A DNA stretch of 63,053 nucleotides, counting the filler, from Olpidium bornovanus S191 (Eukaryota > Fungi > Olpidiomycota), in the NCBI GenBank assembly GCA_017911155.1. It is 30 parts of 30 records of this genome, joined end to end, with 100 filler letters (N's around TTAATTAATTAA, not from the genome) between each part and the next. Parts side by side here need not be neighbours in the genome. Positions count along the whole stretch, not along the records: positions 36,544 to 40,341 come from JAEFCI010007286.1; positions 40,442 to 41,790 come from JAEFCI010008611.1; positions 41,891 to 43,388 come from JAEFCI010000613.1; positions 43,489 to 45,677 come from JAEFCI010003777.1; positions 45,778 to 47,235 come from JAEFCI010011492.1; positions 47,336 to 49,473 come from JAEFCI010009426.1; positions 49,574 to 50,948 come from JAEFCI010009494.1; 23 more parts are not named here. One strand, written 5' to 3'. Positions 38,286 through 49,810 of the stretch are shown in pieces. A program made the position numbers and the translations under genes. How positions within the stretch are numbered: position 1 is the first letter of the stretch; every line of letters begins with the position of its first letter. The notes under the pieces are model-generated. The model did no database searches, was not told the DNA's origin, and saw nothing but the letters and a program-made list of their open reading frames with translations.

Positions 38286-39131
38286 GCACCGCCCCCATCC
38301 CTTCGAGGATTACGACCGCGTAACTGCTCGATTCTAGACGCCCGTGACCTGCGGCATCAAAGTGACCGCACGCGCCTCTCTTTTATGCGGATGGGCCCGT
38401 AGGCGACGTTCTGGTCTGCTCAGGGAGCCCCGCAGAAAACGATGACGCCCGGAAAGATTTTTATACTTGCTCGCTCGGATTCTACTCCAGTTTAAACGGC
38501 TGTTGCGGAGAGGAGTTGTGCCTCGGAACATCGTCTGGATTGATTGCGTGCGTGACGAGAGCAGCCCGCAATCCCTCGTCATAATCGGTGCCAAGGCCTT
38601 TTGACGGCATGACGGCCGTAGGCCTTTCGTTCTCTTTTTTTTTGTTTTGTTTGTTTTGTTTGTCTTGCAACAGTAAAACGTCGCGATCTCTGGTCAGCGC
38701 CTGCCTTTGTCAGCAAAGCGGTCCCGTCCGGCGCGTCTCGCGACAAGGCCGCGTGCTCGCCCGGCCGCTCTGTTTGACGGTGATCTGCGAGGCTGCGAGG
38801 GGGGAGGAGGGGGGCCGGGCGGGGCGTTGCGGTGCGGGGCTGGGGGCGTATTGCCGTCCGCGCGCCTCCCGCCGCCTTTTGCAATTCCCTTCCGCGTTCC
38901 GCGCCCTATCCTCCCCCTGGCAGCAACCCACCCCGCGCTTCCCCGTCCCGCCGCCACCGCCGCCGCCGCTGCCCCGAACCGGCGGCGAGCTCACAGCCGG
39001 CGGCGAGAAGAGAGAGCGCGAGCGAGACCTCCCCCCCTTTTCGCCGCCGAACACCAAAGCTCCCGAAGGAGCGAGCGACGCACCCCGGCACGACGAGCAG
39101 TTTGGGCGGGCGGAACGGAGCGGTCGGCGGG

Positions 39132-40273
39132 ATGCCGCTGGCTCGGAGAGCGGCGGCGGCGGCCTCTTCCCGCGACCTCCTCGTGTCCCTGGCGCTGTGC
39201 GCCGGGCGGACGGGTGCGGCCGCGACACCGGCGACGACGATCGCCGGGGACCGGCCGGACGAAGTGTGGTCTCCCCTGCGGCAGTCCAGCAGAAAAAGGC
39301 AGTGCCAGGCACTTCGGCGAGACCACCCCCGTAGCCGCAGCCTGTCCACCGTCTCGCCTCCCGCACCCGCTTCGCTCGGGACGCGGCCCGCCACCTGCGC
39401 GCCCTCCGGCCTCAAGTTGGCAGGTGCCCCATCAAAGGTGAGAACCGCCCTTTTGAGCCGACGCCGTGTGATTTCTTTTTTTCGGTGAGGGGAAGCGCCC
39501 CAATATTCTGCCCTGGGAACAGCTGGTTAGATTTGCCGCACTGCAGCAGCAGCTTCCTTTGTGGCGGTTCATAGCTGATGGGGAACGGCGGCGTCTCGGT
39601 CAACCCGGGTGCAATTTGCTTGGGGAAGGCGCCTCGCTGAATCGTCCGCGAATCTCCGCAGGGCTCCGCTGCTCTGCAGGAAAGACAGCATTTGCGAAAA
39701 ATCCTCGAGCATGCGAAAAACAAAGCGCTGAACAGCGCGGTTCCGGCCCCGGCGCCCGGGGCGTTGGGGGCGGGTGCGGCGGACGCTGGCAAGGCGACGG
39801 CGGCGGTTGCAGAACGCGCCGACGTGGTGAAGGTGTATCGAACGTACGTCAATCCTGGGTTGAGCCCAACATGTGGCGCGGTGACTGGCTCAACCAAGTG
39901 CGAGCACCCGTCGAACCCAGAGGCCTACACCGTGACTATCAAGGTGCGGCGGCGTAACACCTTTATCAGTCTCAACAACCCCACGGGGAAGGAGGTCACG
40001 CACGCGTCCCTGGGCCACCTTGGCTACCGCAACTCCGGGAAACGCGGTTACGAGCCCTCGTACCAGCTCGGCGTCCACTTAGCCGAGAAGGTGGCCAGCA
40101 GCCGTATTCCCGTCCACTCTGTCGAAATCGTCTTCAAAGGCTTTGGCCCCGGCCGCGAGGCCGCGCTCCGCGGCTTCATATCGGCTTGCAGGCATCAAGT
40201 CATCCGCCTCACCGACAGGACATGGGTTAAGTGGAGCGATTGGCCGCGCTCGCGGCGCCGCCCAAGGAAGTAG
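39132..40273 (+). CDS. Mitochondrial ribosomal protein uS11m (nuclear-encoded), exons 39132-39437 and 39662-40273
   Basis: Arg/Ala/Ser-rich presequence-like exon 1, then the S11 core: TIKVRRRNTFISL...ASLGHLGYRNSGKRGYE...VEIVFKGFGPGREAALR...VIRLTDRT. Confidence 0.85.
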
Positions 40274-41534
40274 TCGGACGCGAACACCACTCGAACGCCG
40301 TCGCATCCGATGACCCGCAGGTGTTAAGGACTTTTGTTCACNNNNNNNNNNNNNNNNNNNNNNNNNNNNNNNNNNNNNNNNNNNNTTAATTAATTAANNN
40401 NNNNNNNNNNNNNNNNNNNNNNNNNNNNNNNNNNNNNNNNNCATGGAATTAATTTGTGGCCCAGATACGGCCGTTTCCGTGGTCCAGAATTGGTGCGGCG
40501 GATACCGTAGTGGGACCTACGGGTCCCCCCGCAGGTGGACAGTAGCCACACAAAAGATCATGTGGTTGTCCACCCGACATGCGCACGATGTATTATGCGG
40601 ATCGCGCAAACCTGACATGCGACCGGTAGACAGGTACAAAGACGTAATTCGAAGCCATTCCGTCGCATGACCTCATCCCGACGGCAGAAGTATCACCCGG
40701 GGGTAGTAGTTGAACTCCATCCTCCGAGGGCCTGCAGGACCACGGCGTATAAACAACTGCAAACCACTGACGCTCAATGGCGAAACGAAAAGTTTCCTGT
40801 AGGCCATCGTTCAGCAAGTTTTGTCGTTTGATCTTAGTCATTGTTGATAGTAAGCAGAAGGCAAACTGGCATTTCGCAGCGACTCAAGTTGCGCCGCGTG
40901 ACAGCGCTTTAGCGTGGGACCGGGAGGTGTCGGGGCATTGGGCATTCAGGGCACAATTTGGGGCTTTTTGTTTTTAGGGCGGTAATTTTTTTTTTTTTTT
41001 TTCCGTCCTCCTCCGGGGACAAACACCCTGATTTTTCTTGCTCGCACCTCCCGCCCCGCCCGCAACGCCCGACCGAGACACCGTTGGAACCGGGAGCCAT
41101 GTTCGGAACGGTACGCGGCCGCTCCTCCCGTCTCTCCTGCTGGCTCTTTTTCCTCCTTAAAATTGCCGCTGTCGTGTGCCCGTGTTCGCCGCCGGGCCCC
41201 TCTTCCCCCCCGCCCGCCTGCTCCACGCCCCCGTTCCTCGCCTGCCGTGTACCGGCGTTCGTGCGGGACCATAATGCCCTGTTTGTTTGCCGCTGGCCGA
41301 CCGGGTGAACGTGGGCCAGCTGGTGTTTCACGACGGAAGAAGGAGGATACCCCGCCGCACGGCGGCGGGTAATCGTCGGTGCCGGACCCGCTTGCAAACT
41401 GACATGCGGAGCCTCCGGAAGCAGATTGCGCGGCAAACGCGTGCCGAACCACTTTAGTGTTCGTCCTCGCTGTCTATCCCTTCATCGCCTACCTCACCAT
41501 CGTTCAACAACGGTGACGGCGAACGTGTCGAAGG

Positions 41535-41790
41535 ATGGCAGCGAGGCAGTCCTTCGTCACGTTTTTGCCATTCTTGCCCGTAGAGCGTCTACTAGGTTCT
41601 ACTCTTACCGTGTTCCGCTCTCCACCTACAAACCAACAGCTCAGCGAATACTGCGTCGTTGGACGCTCTCTCCCGACGGAGAAGGAGCCTGTTCCGAAGC
41701 TTTTCAGGATGCGGCTCTTTGCCCCGAACGAGGTCGTTGCGAAAAGCCGCTTCTGGTACTTTCTGAAGAAGGTCAGAAAGGTCAAGAAGA
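41535..41790 (+). CDS. RPL20: 60S ribosomal protein eL20 (L18a/L20), N-terminal part; 3' truncated; probably contains an in-frame intron
   Basis: [50 protein letters not shown] matches the eL20 N-terminus. Confidence 0.95.
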
Positions 41791-41890
41791 NNNNNNNNNN
41801 NNNNNNNNNNNNNNNNNNNNNNNNNNNNNNNNNNTTAATTAATTAANNNNNNNNNNNNNNNNNNNNNNNNNNNNNNNNNNNNNNNNNNNN

Positions 41891-42883
41891 CGCCGCTTTG
41901 AGGCGCTCAAGGAGAGACTCGAAGAGGAAGGCGAGGCTGATCTTGAGGTTGACTATGGCGATCCCGAACAGCAGAATCCAGATCACCGCCGCCTGGGCGA
42001 GGAAAGACATGTGCACGCAGCAGTGGAGAAAGACGTGCCATGCGACCAGCGCGAACCACCGTGCGCGGGCCCACGTGGGGTGTCCCGGCGTCCCGTCGGC
42101 GGCGTTCCACCAGAAGCCGTCGTCCAGGAGTTCGGGCGGGACGGAGAGTTTAAGGAGCGTGCGGTCCACGAGCGACACCTTGGTTTTCCGGCGGTTGACG
42201 AGATCACCCGAGAGTTTCGGCTACATATTCCGGGACGGGGTGGAAGGGGGTTGCGGGTGGGAGAGTTTGAAAAATAGAAAAGGAAACGGCGAATTTGAAG
42301 GTTTTGAATCGGAAGCAGGGCGGGGGGGGAGGAGGGGGGAGGGGGTGCGGAAAGCAAAACGGCCCGCCTTACCAGGCCCAACAAGCGCTCGATCCGCCTC
42401 TCCTCCCGCTGGTACGTCATCGCCGTCTCCGCGTTCTCGGCGATTCTCCGCTCGCGCTGGGCGCACAAATTCCGGAGCGCTTCCAGCTCTGATTCCAGTT
42501 CTTTGTACTAAAAAAAAAAAAAAAAAAAAAAGCCGCGGACCATTTGTGGGTGGTCCGCAGAACGTTTAGGAGCGCTGACCGGGCAGAAGTCGAGGCGGGG
42601 TCGTCGGGTCGAAAAAGAACGGAATTGTATATATATGTGTATATATATACATATATATATACAGACTGGTTCGTTTGGAACGCACAAATGTCTCGGCTTT
42701 CGCCAGATCTGCCCAAGCGCACCGTTGCGCTTCAAGCCATTCTCTTTCCGTCTCCTTGACCTCAGCTTTGAGATTCTCGAGCTGAGCCCTGGATGTGTGA
42801 ACGACAACGGACGCGTAGGGCTCATCACCCCCCGGAAAAGAAGGCAGCGTGAGCAAACGCGCTCGTCCCCGCCGGAGAGCCAT
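41891..42883 (-). CDS. Hypothetical coiled-coil protein with C-terminal hydrophobic (TM-like) segments; fragment
   Basis: Exon-like segments QLENLKAEVKETEREWLEAQ, YKELESELEALRNLCAQRERRIAEN...ERRIERLLGL, then RWFALVAWHVFLH... and AAVIWILLFGIAIVNLKISLAFLF. Confidence 0.5.
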
Positions 42884-43264
42884 CCCCCCCCCCCCAACCC
42901 TCCGTTCCAGCCTCCACGGCTTCGATCTGGTGACGACCTGAAGAATTCTGCCCTCAGGAGCCGCGACCCGAGTTCGCCGAGGTTGACGTGTATCTGTATT
43001 TCGGCGCGGCGCGGAGGCGGGCGCGATGTGGGGTGGGGTGGGAGGAACGGTTACACGAGATGGAAGCGCGGTAATTCGCTTGCGCGGCGCCGCGAAGAAT
43101 CAGATCAGAGAGCGTTTGAGGGTCGCTTTCCGCAACGCCAAAGCTTGCGAAAGGCCACGGTTGGGAAAGGACCCTCCACGGCCAGCCGCGGGCCACAGAA
43201 CTGCGCCCGCCCGCCGTTTGCCCACGTTGCGAGGGTGGGGTTGTTCCCGAAAGAGGATTCCGTT

Positions 43265-43379
<115 letters not shown>

Positions 43380-43579
43380 ACAAGAGGANNNNNNNNNNNN
43401 NNNNNNNNNNNNNNNNNNNNNNNNNNNNNNNNTTAATTAATTAANNNNNNNNNNNNNNNNNNNNNNNNNNNNNNNNNNNNNNNNNNNNCCCCACCCCGCT
43501 CGTGATTCGCTGCGGCGGCGCCTTGCAGGCAAGCGACCCCTGAAAAGCCGCCGCGGTTTACCTGCGGCTCACACCGGTC

Positions 43580-45530
43580 GCGCGCGAATCGAACGTCACG
43601 TCCGCCCAAGCTACGAAGACGATCCTTTTTGTTGAGAGCCGAGCCCAGGATTCCGCAAACATCTGGCGTGGGTTGGGGGGTTAAGGGGGGGAGGGGGGGG
43701 ATGGTGAAAAAGTTTAGGATGCGCAGTCGATCAAAGAGCAAAAAAAAAAAAAAAACGTCCGGGACGTGTGTGTGTGGGAAAGGGGAACTCCCTTTCCTTT
43801 TTCTTTTTTTTTTTTTTTTTTTTTTTTTGGTTTGTCCGTGCCGCCAAACTTTACCTCCTTTCTGAACCGGTCGAACGCCTCCGCCGCGCACTTGCCGTGC
43901 CACGTTCGCCATGCCCACCGCGAGAGCCTCTGTCGAGAAAACGATCCAACGCGGTCGGCGCGGCGGCGAGCTTCCGCGGGGTCGCCGCCGTGGGTAGGAC
44001 GTGGTTTCGGCAGGGCGTCAGAAATCTCCGCGGCCCCAGCGGTTGGACTGTCCTGGGTCCGCGGCGCGGACGGCGCCGCCTCGTGCTGTGGCGGTATAAG
44101 TATTTCCGTTCCTCGTGCACCGTCGCCTGGAACCGGTTTTGTCAAGTGAGACGCCCCCAGCGGAAAAAAAAAAAAAACCCCATCTCGGAGCGCAAAACGG
44201 GAAAACGTCTCCGGAGGGAACGGTCGGGTTTACCTTCTCCCGCATGCTTGTGGACTTCGCGATCGCCGGATAACGGGTGCGCGCCGGCGTCGTTCACCGG
44301 ATCGGAGTTCAACGTCGAGCTGCGGTCCACCGCGGACGCCGCTGCGTCCGCGGGCCCGTCCTGGCCGACCGGGATTGGAAGCGGGCCGGCCCCGCCGAGC
44401 AGGCGGGAATCCCCGTCATCCGCGCGTGCCGGCGGGGACTCATCCGTCTTGCCCGCGGAATCAGACGCCGGAACGGTCCGCGGCTCCGGGCCTCCGGCCG
44501 CCCGCGCGACTTCGCCCGCGGCGATTCCCGGCTGCGAGCTCCCGCACGTCGCGGCCGAGCGCACGCCGGCTGAGGAGGTCGGTTCGCGGCGCGTGCCGCC
44601 GTGGGCAAGGTTGCTCGCGGATTTCCTGCAGACTCCAGGCCCCGCGTCGGGCGCACGCCCCGGCAAAAGCCGCCTTCGCCACAAAGCGAACGACCTCTGG
44701 ACAGTCCGGAGGCGCCACGCGCGTGACGCGTGAGCTGTCCTTTCTGCGGCCAAACAAAAAAAAAGGAAAAAAAAAAAAAACGCGCGTTCCAGGCATTTTT
44801 TTATTTTATGAAAAACGTGCGACGTCCGCCGTAAGAAAACGGGCACGCGGTCGCCGGCCATACCGGCAATTAACCCGGCGAGTCCTCTCCACCGGTCGAA
44901 AACCCGTCTGAGATGAGCCGCCCGCAACGTGTGAAGCGCCTTGGTGTGCTGGCGCCAGCGGACGAACGCCTTTTGGCAACATGGCAAGCTTTGTGAAGGA
45001 GGGGTTCGGAACACGCGCCCCGCACCGTGAAAAGCGTCGAGAAAACAAAAAAAGGCCTCACCGTCCTCTTGAGAATTTTCAAGCGCCGACGTTCCCGTAC
45101 TTCCGCCAGCGCGTTCTGCCAGCGCTTGAAGGCTTGCCATTGCAGTCTCCAGGACCTCGCCTTCGCGTAGGCAGCGGCAAAAGCCTCTCTTTCGTTCTGC
45201 TTTAAGCGAGCCTGCCGGGAGCGATTCGCGCATGATTGAGAACGGAGTTTTCAGGTCGCGGCAAACGGGGCCAAAGAAGGTCCCGCTTACGCGCTGATAT
45301 TGCCCAGTCCACATCCTAAACGTTCTCCGTACAAGCCACGGACAGTATGGCTGCTCGGAGCGGCCTTTCCCGTCTGGCAATGGCCGACTCCGGCCCAGTT
45401 GAGGAAACTGCGGCCCGGACAGAGCAGGCTCAGAAGCCGACATAGCACATCCGAAAAAGGAATCAACCGGCGGGCGCCTACCTCGCGCAGACCGGCTGCT
45501 GCGCGCCTCACGGCGCGCCGCCTTCTCACA
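43580..45530 (-). CDS. Sfi1-repeat (centrin-binding) protein, internal fragment, multi-exon
   Basis: At least seven Sfi1-type [L]xxx[F/W]xxW repeats in GT-AG bounded segments: LVRRTFRMW, LQWQAFKRW, CQKAFVRW, LRRVFDRW, VQRSFALW, LSRWAWRTW, IVFVAW. Confidence 0.62.
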
Positions 45531-46057
45531 AGGTCACGATACGCTGAATAGATTGGTTTTGTTAAAGACGGCAGTCGAGGTTTGCGCGCAGCCGCCCGTT
45601 GACCGAAATCTCAGCCCAAAAGACGGAGCGTGTACCGTTGAACGCGGTCTCCGCCCTCTTCCTGCGCAGCCGCATGCNNNNNNNNNNNNNNNNNNNNNNN
45701 NNNNNNNNNNNNNNNNNNNNNTTAATTAATTAANNNNNNNNNNNNNNNNNNNNNNNNNNNNNNNNNNNNNNNNNNNNCATGGAGCGGTACAGCCGACGCA
45801 GGGCCGCGATTATCGACGTCGTTACCGGCAACGGCACGGGGCAGGCAGAAGAGTTTGCGGGGCCCAGCCCGAGATTTGTGTTCAATACATTGATTGTGGG
45901 AAGCGGTAGGTTGGTTAATATATGGGTTTAGGCGCGACGTGTTCCGAATCCCTACCATTGCTTTCGTGGCCAATGTTGGTAACTGCGGCTAGGACGTAAT
46001 TTGCAGCAGCTGACTCGTGGCCTCGTGCGTGGTCAAACCTTTCCGCTTACAGGCGGA

Positions 46058-47087
46058 AAGCTGTTCGACATGTCCGTTAGCGTTTCCGATGTTGACGACG
46101 CAACGCGGACGTCGTACGTCACGGAAAATTCTAGTGGTATTGTGCCGGAAGACTCTCTCGTGTCTTTTCATTCTGACGCTGGTCCCGTTGGTCCACATTC
46201 CGGTGTTTTTGTTTCAGCATCCCAGAAGGCTTATCGGCCACCGGCGCGCGGCTGGAGAAATCGATCGCCAGCGCCAAAGAGTTCCTCGATTCCATCAACG
46301 TAAGAAGGGATCGTCAGTTTCTCCGTTTCCCACCAGAGTGGCCACGATGGATTCCTGATTTGGTACCCTCCGCAATACATTTGGCGTATTCCAAGGGGGT
46401 GGCGCCCCGGACGCTCGAGAACGCCGACGACCTGTTCCGCGCTGCTTCGCCGCTCTCTTCCCGGACTGGGCAGAACCGGAAGCCGGAAGCCGCCGGGAGC
46501 CTCCGGGCTAGCCCGGATCTCGAGGTGTTCTGGGACGCGGTCGTGCAGCAGGAGGGCAAGCTCGCGCGGCTGCGCAAGGCGAACAAGAACGTCACGGGGA
46601 AGATGGAGGAGGCGCTGGCGCGGCTGAGCGAGATCGGACTAGAAGTCGAGGAGGATTATCTGCAGCGGGTACGAGAATTCTGCTTATTCTTTGTTCCCAC
46701 GGGCAAGTGCGAGGGAAAGAGGTCGCAGGAGGGGGGAGGGGGAAGGGCGATTTTCTGCGCGGGCCAGGTGGACTTGTTCCGTCCGGCCGTTTCAACGGCG
46801 CTTTTTTCCTCGTTTTTTGTTCTTTCTCTCGTTTCGCACAGGCGAAGCTCGTCGAGGACCACCTGGCGCACCTGCGCGTGGAACGCTCGCGCTCGATATC
46901 GAGAGACTTGTTCTACACGGTCATGGCGTACGTCCTCGCCTCGGTCGCTTTCGCGTTCTGGTTCGCCGTGTCGGTGTTCAACCTCGGCCGGCGTGCCTGC
47001 GCGGGCCTCGCCGAGGTGCCCAGGCGGCTGAAGGCGTACGTCGTCCGCTCGGCGCCCGCGGGACCCAGTTTCCTGTGGACAGGGTGA
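46058..47087 (+). CDS. Hypothetical coiled-coil protein with a C-terminal transmembrane segment; 3' exons
   Basis: Exons encode ARLEKSIASAKEFLDSIN, VFWDAVVQQEGKLARLRKANKNVTGKMEEALARLSEI and DLFYTVMAYVLASVAFAFWFAVSVFNL, ending FLWTG*. Confidence 0.5.
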
Positions 47088-47335
47088 AACTGCCACCCCC
47101 CCCTTCTTCTCCCAACCAACCCTTCCACCTCCCTTTCGGGGTGGGCGGAATAGTTTTGGCGTGCTTTTTAAAAAAATTCAAAATTCTCCCGCCTGCCTGG
47201 CCCGCGGGGCTGCCGGGTCGTGAATCCGCCCTCCCNNNNNNNNNNNNNNNNNNNNNNNNNNNNNNNNNNNNNNNNNNNNTTAATTAATTAANNNNNNNNN
47301 NNNNNNNNNNNNNNNNNNNNNNNNNNNNNNNNNNN

Positions 47336-48184
47336 CCGGTACGAGACCTATGGAGTGGTGATCATACGTGTCAAACTTCGAGATAAAAACTTCGAGGGTT
47401 AGTGCCCCCCGTGTCCGTCATATTTCAGGACGTCGGACAGCAGCGGTTTGACCATGGGATAAAACTTGGCATAGTTTCTGTCGGGCCTGACGGTGTTTTG
47501 GTTGGTTTGTGCACATAAGCCGTCGTTTTCGCGCGTTCGTGAGCGTGTGCGTGGTTGCACATTCGAAACGGTCGACCTGTTGTTGGTGCCGTCGTCGCCG
47601 GCGTCTGCGTCGTCGGCGTCTAGGTCTTCCTCTCTGTAAACAGCTCTTTCTTCGCGCGGTACGGTTACGAGGCGCTCGAGAAGAAGTTCAATGCGGCTCA
47701 AACGTTGTTCGTTAGCAGCTCTCTCCTCTGCGGCGCGTTTTTCCTTTTCAGCAAGTTCACCCCGCACTTCTTCTAGAACCATGGCGCACATGAGCTCTCT
47801 CTGCTCGTCGTCGCCGTCCTTTCTTCCGTGGCATCCGGGCCTCCTGGTGGTGACGTGCACCGGGTCCCCCACTGGCAGCTCTTGCGGCAAGTGTTTTTCT
47901 GAGCGCTCTTCTTCCGCGCCCAAAACGTCGCTGCGGCTGCTGACGGGGCCAGGGCTACGTTCCAGCACCATTTTTCCGTACCTGGACACGTTCCTTTTGC
48001 GGTGGACAGTAGTTCTCCGCAGTTCTGCGGGTTTTTCTGACGGCGGTTCGAACTGATCATGGTGCTCAGGACAAGCTTGGGCTCATAACCTGTTTTTCCG
48101 GTTCGGTGTTTTCTCTTCATGGTTTGGTTTTTAATTACAGGCGTTCTGTTTTCTCTACGCACTCGCACGGGTTTCTCCGCAACA
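47336..48184 (-). mobile_element. 5' end of an LTR retrotransposon: candidate ~94-bp LTR (48184-48091), primer-binding site (48090-48079) and gag-like ORF
   Basis: On the minus strand, TGTTG...AACA containing AATTAAA is immediately followed by GGTTATGAGCCC (complement of the initiator tRNA-Met anticodon arm). Downstream is a coiled-coil gag-like ORF with LKYDGHGGH*PSKFL. Confidence 0.65.
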
Positions 48185-49473
48185 TCTTCGACCCCGAAGA
48201 TTGACAGGACGCAACAGAAGAAAACGCGCAGCGGGCAGCGCCGGCTCCCTGCATGCAAACACTGCCCGGGGTCAAAACCACTATTACAGGGACTGTCCAA
48301 TGCTCGCGCGGCAGCGCCAACAGCAACAGCCGAGCCAAGGAAGCCGTACCTCAAGTCAACCACACGCAGCTGCCGGGCAAGAGCCCGTGCACCGTGCTAT
48401 GATGGCTCGCAGGGGGGAAGTTGCCGCCAATTGAGGCTCGGTAGCAGCCATGCAGACAGTGACTGCCGGCCCCCGCGCCTCACACGCGACCTCGACTCAA
48501 GAGCGCATGCTCTTGGACTCAGGCACCTCGCACCACATCGTTGGGAACTAAGCCGTCGTCGCTGAGCCCCATCGACCCAACAGGCAGAACGATACGCTTC
48601 GCATCGCCGACGATTCTCAACTGGAAGTCATTGCCCAAGGCACTGTCGTCCTCTCCCATTCACTTGGCACGATGAGTCTCAAGGACACCCTCTGCGTCCC
48701 AGGGATTTTCGAGCCCCTCTTCTCTATCGCAAGCGCAACGCTCAATGGAGTTGGCGTCTGGTTTGATCCTGACGGTGGAGTCACCTTCCTTGACCTAGCC
48801 GACCTTGTGCGCCCGAGCGGCACGGTCTTCGCCAAGGGTTACCGAGAAGGAAGATCATTTTTCCTTGACGTTAAATCATCAGCTGGACCGCTCACTGACA
48901 CTAAACATCCTTCTGCCTGTTCCGCCATCATGCCCGCTCGTGCTTTCGCCGCCCGGGCTGCAGAGGCGGACCTCTGGCATCGACGACTCGACCATCTCAG
49001 ATGGTCGACAATGAAAAAAATCGCCAAGGAGCTGACAGGCGCCGACATAGGACCGCCGACCGACGCAGATGTTGCCTGCGAGCCCTGTACTCTCGGGCGC
49101 GCGCGCCGGCTCCCATTCGCGACTGTTGATCGCCCGGATCCGCCAGTTGGGACGGTCATCAGCGCAGACAGCCCCAGCCCCTTTGCTCTTGCCCTCAATG
49201 GAGAGAAGTATACGCTGACGCTTGTGGAACGCACTGCGCGCTTGGCGGTCACCTACTTTCTCACCAATCACGATGATACGACTTCTCGCTCGTGCCTTGA
49301 TGACTTTTTTATCTGGCTTGAATGACGCACAGGTTAAAAAGTTCTTCGACACCATACCAATAAAGGCGAGCACCTTTCAAAATACTATACCGATCGCCTC
49401 AAAGAGCTGGGGATGGACCAGACGACGACAGCCCAAGACGCACCCTCTAGCAATGGTATCTCCGAGCGGCTGC
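48185..49473 (+). mobile_element. Degenerate Ty1/copia gag-pol: zinc knuckle, aspartic protease, GAG-pre-integrase, integrase core; truncated
   Basis: CKHC...(frameshift)HYYRDC, LLDSGTSHH, LWHRRLDHL, CEPCTLGR, then GEHLSKYYTDRLKELGMDQTTT...SNGISERL. Integrase follows protease directly (copia order). Stops and frameshifts are present. Confidence 0.9.
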
Positions 49474-49810
49474 NNNNNNNNNNNNNNNNNNNNNNNNNNN
49501 NNNNNNNNNNNNNNNNNTTAATTAATTAANNNNNNNNNNNNNNNNNNNNNNNNNNNNNNNNNNNNNNNNNNNNGAAACTTTGAATTTGGAGGCGCGGGGC
49601 AATGGAACCCCGCGAGATTGGGCCTTGGAAACAAAGGAGGAAAAGACCAACTTGTGCGAAATCACAAGTTCGGCGGCGGGTGCAGCTTGAGAAGTTTTCC
49701 TGGCAGCAATGGAAAAGTGGCATTTGCCGCTCCGAAGTCAGCCACGCGAGCACGCGGAAAGGATTGGGGGGGGAGGGGGGGCGTTGGGTCGTGGGGGCGG
49801 CGCCTTGTTC

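Noticed and set aside
41130-41200. Minus-strand TAAILRRKK, resembling the Cdc48 N-terminus
   Set aside because: The following residues do not continue the Cdc48 sequence (no NxLxVD..ND motif); likely a chance match.
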